A stretch of DNA of 62,604 bases, counting the filler, from Klebsormidium nitens (lineage: Eukaryota; Plantae; Klebsormidiophyceae): assembly GCA_000708835.1 (NCBI GenBank). It is 4 parts of 4 records of this genome, joined end to end, with 100 filler letters (N's around TTAATTAATTAA, not from the genome) between each part and the next. Parts side by side here need not be neighbours in the genome. Positions count along the whole stretch, not along the records: positions 59,162 to 62,604 come from DF238578.1; 3 more parts are not named here. One strand, 5' to 3'. Shown piece after piece: positions 60,090-62,604 of the stretch (its first letter is position 1; the number at the start of each line of letters is the position of its first letter). Below the pieces are notes generated by a model. The model was given only the letters and a program-made list of their open reading frames with translations, had not been told where the DNA came from and ran no database searches. The position numbers were made by a program, and so were the translations under genes.

Positions 60090-62451
60090 CTACCCTCTCA
60101 GCAACCCTACTCGCACTCCAACCGTCCAGCAGGTCACCAAGATTGCGACGCACAGCTTTGCGTCGTCAACGCGCCTCAGAGCCGCGTTGTAACCGCCCAG
60201 GAGCAACGGCAGAATCACCATGAAGCTCTCTAAGCCGCTGTACCATCCTAGAGATCGAAAGCCCTTCAAATAGCTGTTCACAGACTCGACGGCGCTTGTG
60301 TTAACCCATTCCAACCAGTCGTAAGAATCCACACTGTTGGATGGCCCGCATTTGTGGACCTCGGCACCCGCCTTTGCATAATGAAACCTGCATATGGGGA
60401 GCGTGTACATGGGCATTCAATCGCAAGGCAACCAATACTTGCCGCCGAGTCACGACCGCCAAGTGCCGCGATTGAGTTCGGATATACATTTTCAATCAAG
60501 TTCCAAGGCCTCCGATGCAAAACCTGACGAACTCTAGCATCATGACTCACCTGTCCACAAGGAATCGAACGTTTGCAAAGTGGGCCGGAGCCCGCCGCAT
60601 GCAATAATTCCGTAACGCACACGCGTTGTCATAGATGACCACCTCTGGAAGGTCATCGCGCCTCAGCCGGGTATAGAGGACCGTGAACGGATCCCTGGGG
60701 CTTTCGCCCCGCAGCATGACGTGAAAACCATAGATGACGCGATGGGGACAACAGAAGACGAACGCGCCCCGTGATCGGTTCGGCCGCTTTGCCATGCTCC
60801 CCTTCTTCCCCGACAATTTCCCACCCCCTTTCACGAGCCCCGCAACATGTTCGGCGTCCCACTCCGTCACTGTTCGCCCGGTTGCACACTTAAACTCCTC
60901 CGAGCTTCGACTCCTGCCGTCCGGATGCTCGAAACTGCTGAAGTGTGGCAGTCCCCGTTGCTGTTCCCAGCCCGGAAAGTCGTAGCGAGCCAACGCGTCC
61001 TGCTCGGCCCGGAAGCTGTGCCCCTCCGGGAGTGGGTGCAGCTCGATGCCTTCCTCGTCTCTCCCTAGCCGCTCCTAGAGCAGCGCCTTCTCTCGTTCGC
61101 TCATGGACGCCCACTGCTGGGGGCTCGGGTTCAGGCTCTCAACGCCGGGCAAGAGTTCGTTTGCTAGGGCACGTGCCTCGTTTAGCCGCTGGTTCTCGTC
61201 CATTGCCAGCGGCCGAGTTCTTGCCTCTGCTAGCAGCCAGACCGCCTGGTCGAGCGGCCGTACTCCAGCATGCACCCAGCCTACCTGTCCCTCTGCCTCA
61301 AAACCCGTAGCTCCTCTAGCCAGCAACGTAAGCAAGTAGAGCATGTGGAGGGTCCGCATGAAGAAGGCTGGGAATGTGAGCCCTCCATACGCATCCAAGA
61401 TGCGTCGGAGAATCGGTGCAGACCTTGCTAGCTCACGCCGATCCTCAAGGGACGCCTCACCCCCCAAAAGCAGCCTGCGGACCACGTGGAGCGCGCTCGC
61501 CCCAATTAGATCCTCGTCCCCATCGTGCGCGCCAAGGCTGTATAGAAGCTCCGTCCAATCGCCACACCAGGACTGCCAGAGGTTTGGATTCATCCCCCGT
61601 CTCTCGAAGTCCCCCTGGATGCCCGTCAGCAGCTCGAAAACGGCCATGTTCCGGTCCAAAACCATCGTCCGCTGCTCGGACAGAAGGCGTCTCCTGCCGT
61701 CTTCCGGAAGCGGAGCTTCGGCATCGCCCATCCCAAAGCGCTTGACAATCCGAGGGTCCTCGTGGGCCAGGCCGTCCAGGAGAGCTCCGTACTCCGCCTC
61801 TGAGAGCCGCTGACCTAGCGTCTCGTCTTTTGGCCGCTGCTGTGAGAGACGCGCGATCGCCTCTCGGAGCTCCGGCTGAAGGAGCAGCTTCCGTTTGAGA
61901 CCCCCTCCTTCCAGACCCGCACCGCAATAGTCGCTCCCGGAGATCGACCGCTTCGCAAGAAGATCTCCGTTTTCGAACCTGCTGGGATGCAGCATGGTGC
62001 GCCGAGCGTCGAGGGACGTCGAGCCAAGGCCGCCCGGACGCTTGGCCCCGTCCGAATTCGCAAGCCCAACAATCCCATCACAGAGAAGCACCTGCAAAAG
62101 TGTATTTCCGTTCTTACACCTGCGGGACTATGTGATTGTCACTCAACATGTATACAACTCGGATTGATCAAAATGCATCAATTTCAAGTTGCTAAACAGC
62201 GTGGTATGTGCACAATTATGTACCCATATTTGGATGCACGCTATCGTTAACGTGCCAGAATATTCATCATTCATTGCATCCACTTTGAAGTACTCTACAT
62301 TGGAGACATTGTTCAGCATGCCCGCGCAATAAAAGCAATGGCGAGATATGCTCACCTTCGGGTGGGGCCCACAGAGCGTGCAACAATCTCGGATGTAACG
62401 GCACGACTGCGCACCGACTCCCGGCTGCGCGCTGAACTCGCGGCCGCGCAT
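60090..62451 (-). mobile_element. KDZ-class (Kyakuja/Dileera/Zisupton-type, CxC-associated) transposase gene with introns and one in-frame TAG
   Basis: Reads CCTLCGPHPK|VLLCDGIVG (intron 62355-62092), GAFVFCCPHRVIYGFHVMLRGESPRDPF, VVIYDNACAL..YC, FLVDR|FH (intron 60550-60388), HKC...VNTSAVESVNSYL. In-frame TAG at 61077-61075; the same frame continues open after it. Element ends not found. Confidence 0.75.
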
Positions 62452-62604
62452 CGTCCGTTATTATACGCTATCGACTTATTGAATCACTACACGCCACGTG
62501 TCCAGGTTACTGCTTCACCGCGTGACCGTCCAATAAGACCCACGTGCACCGCGTACGAGGGAACCGTCCGATAAGCTTTCGAGACTAAGCTTATGGCCGG
62601 CCGA

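Noticed and set aside
60734-61927. Several plus-strand and alternate-frame ORFs of 80-156 aa
   Set aside because: GC-rich shadows of the KDZ transposase frame.
1-62604. Genome-wide TAG/TAA-to-Gln genetic code as the explanation for internal TAGs
   Set aside because: SiR, the remorin-like gene, GT2 and the methyltransferase end in TAG at expected C-termini, p24 ends in TAA, and the other complete gene models contain no internal TAA or TAG.

Overview
Eukaryotic nuclear DNA with GC-rich exons and GT(G/A)AG..(Y)CAG introns, carrying plant-type genes. It is most consistent with a streptophyte green alga of the Klebsormidium type (inference; not provable from the window). The window is not contiguous: three identical 100-nt artificial linkers (N44-TTAATTAATTAA-N44 at 29394, 44967 and 59062) join four separate contigs, and two true N gaps are also present. 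Spliced gene models built by hand with consistent exon phases: an allene-oxide-cyclase/dirigent-like barrel protein (partial), plastid ferredoxin-sulfite reductase with a C-terminal ribbon-helix-helix-like tail, an FCS-like zinc finger (FLZ) protein, a thioredoxin-like protein, a nucleotidyltransferase + F-box + Kelch fusion, a remorin-like protein, a SnoaL-like secreted protein, a GT2 glycosyltransferase, the 5' part of BTAF1/Mot1, a plastid SAM methyltransferase, a p24/TMED cargo receptor and carboxypeptidase Q. Mobile DNA: two PIF/Harbinger-type non-autonomous elements and an intron-containing KDZ-class transposase. The three most unusual signals are: (1) in-frame TAG codons, all in a CTAG context where CAG (Gln) fits, twice in a conserved BTAF1 exon and once in the KDZ transposase, alongside many Leu CTA|G junctions in exons, which suggests a CCAG>CTAG mutational or editing process; (2) repeated decayed 'echoes' of exon boundaries (splice site plus exon edge) stacked in introns next to the real exon in three unrelated genes; (3) the NTase-F-box-Kelch architecture.
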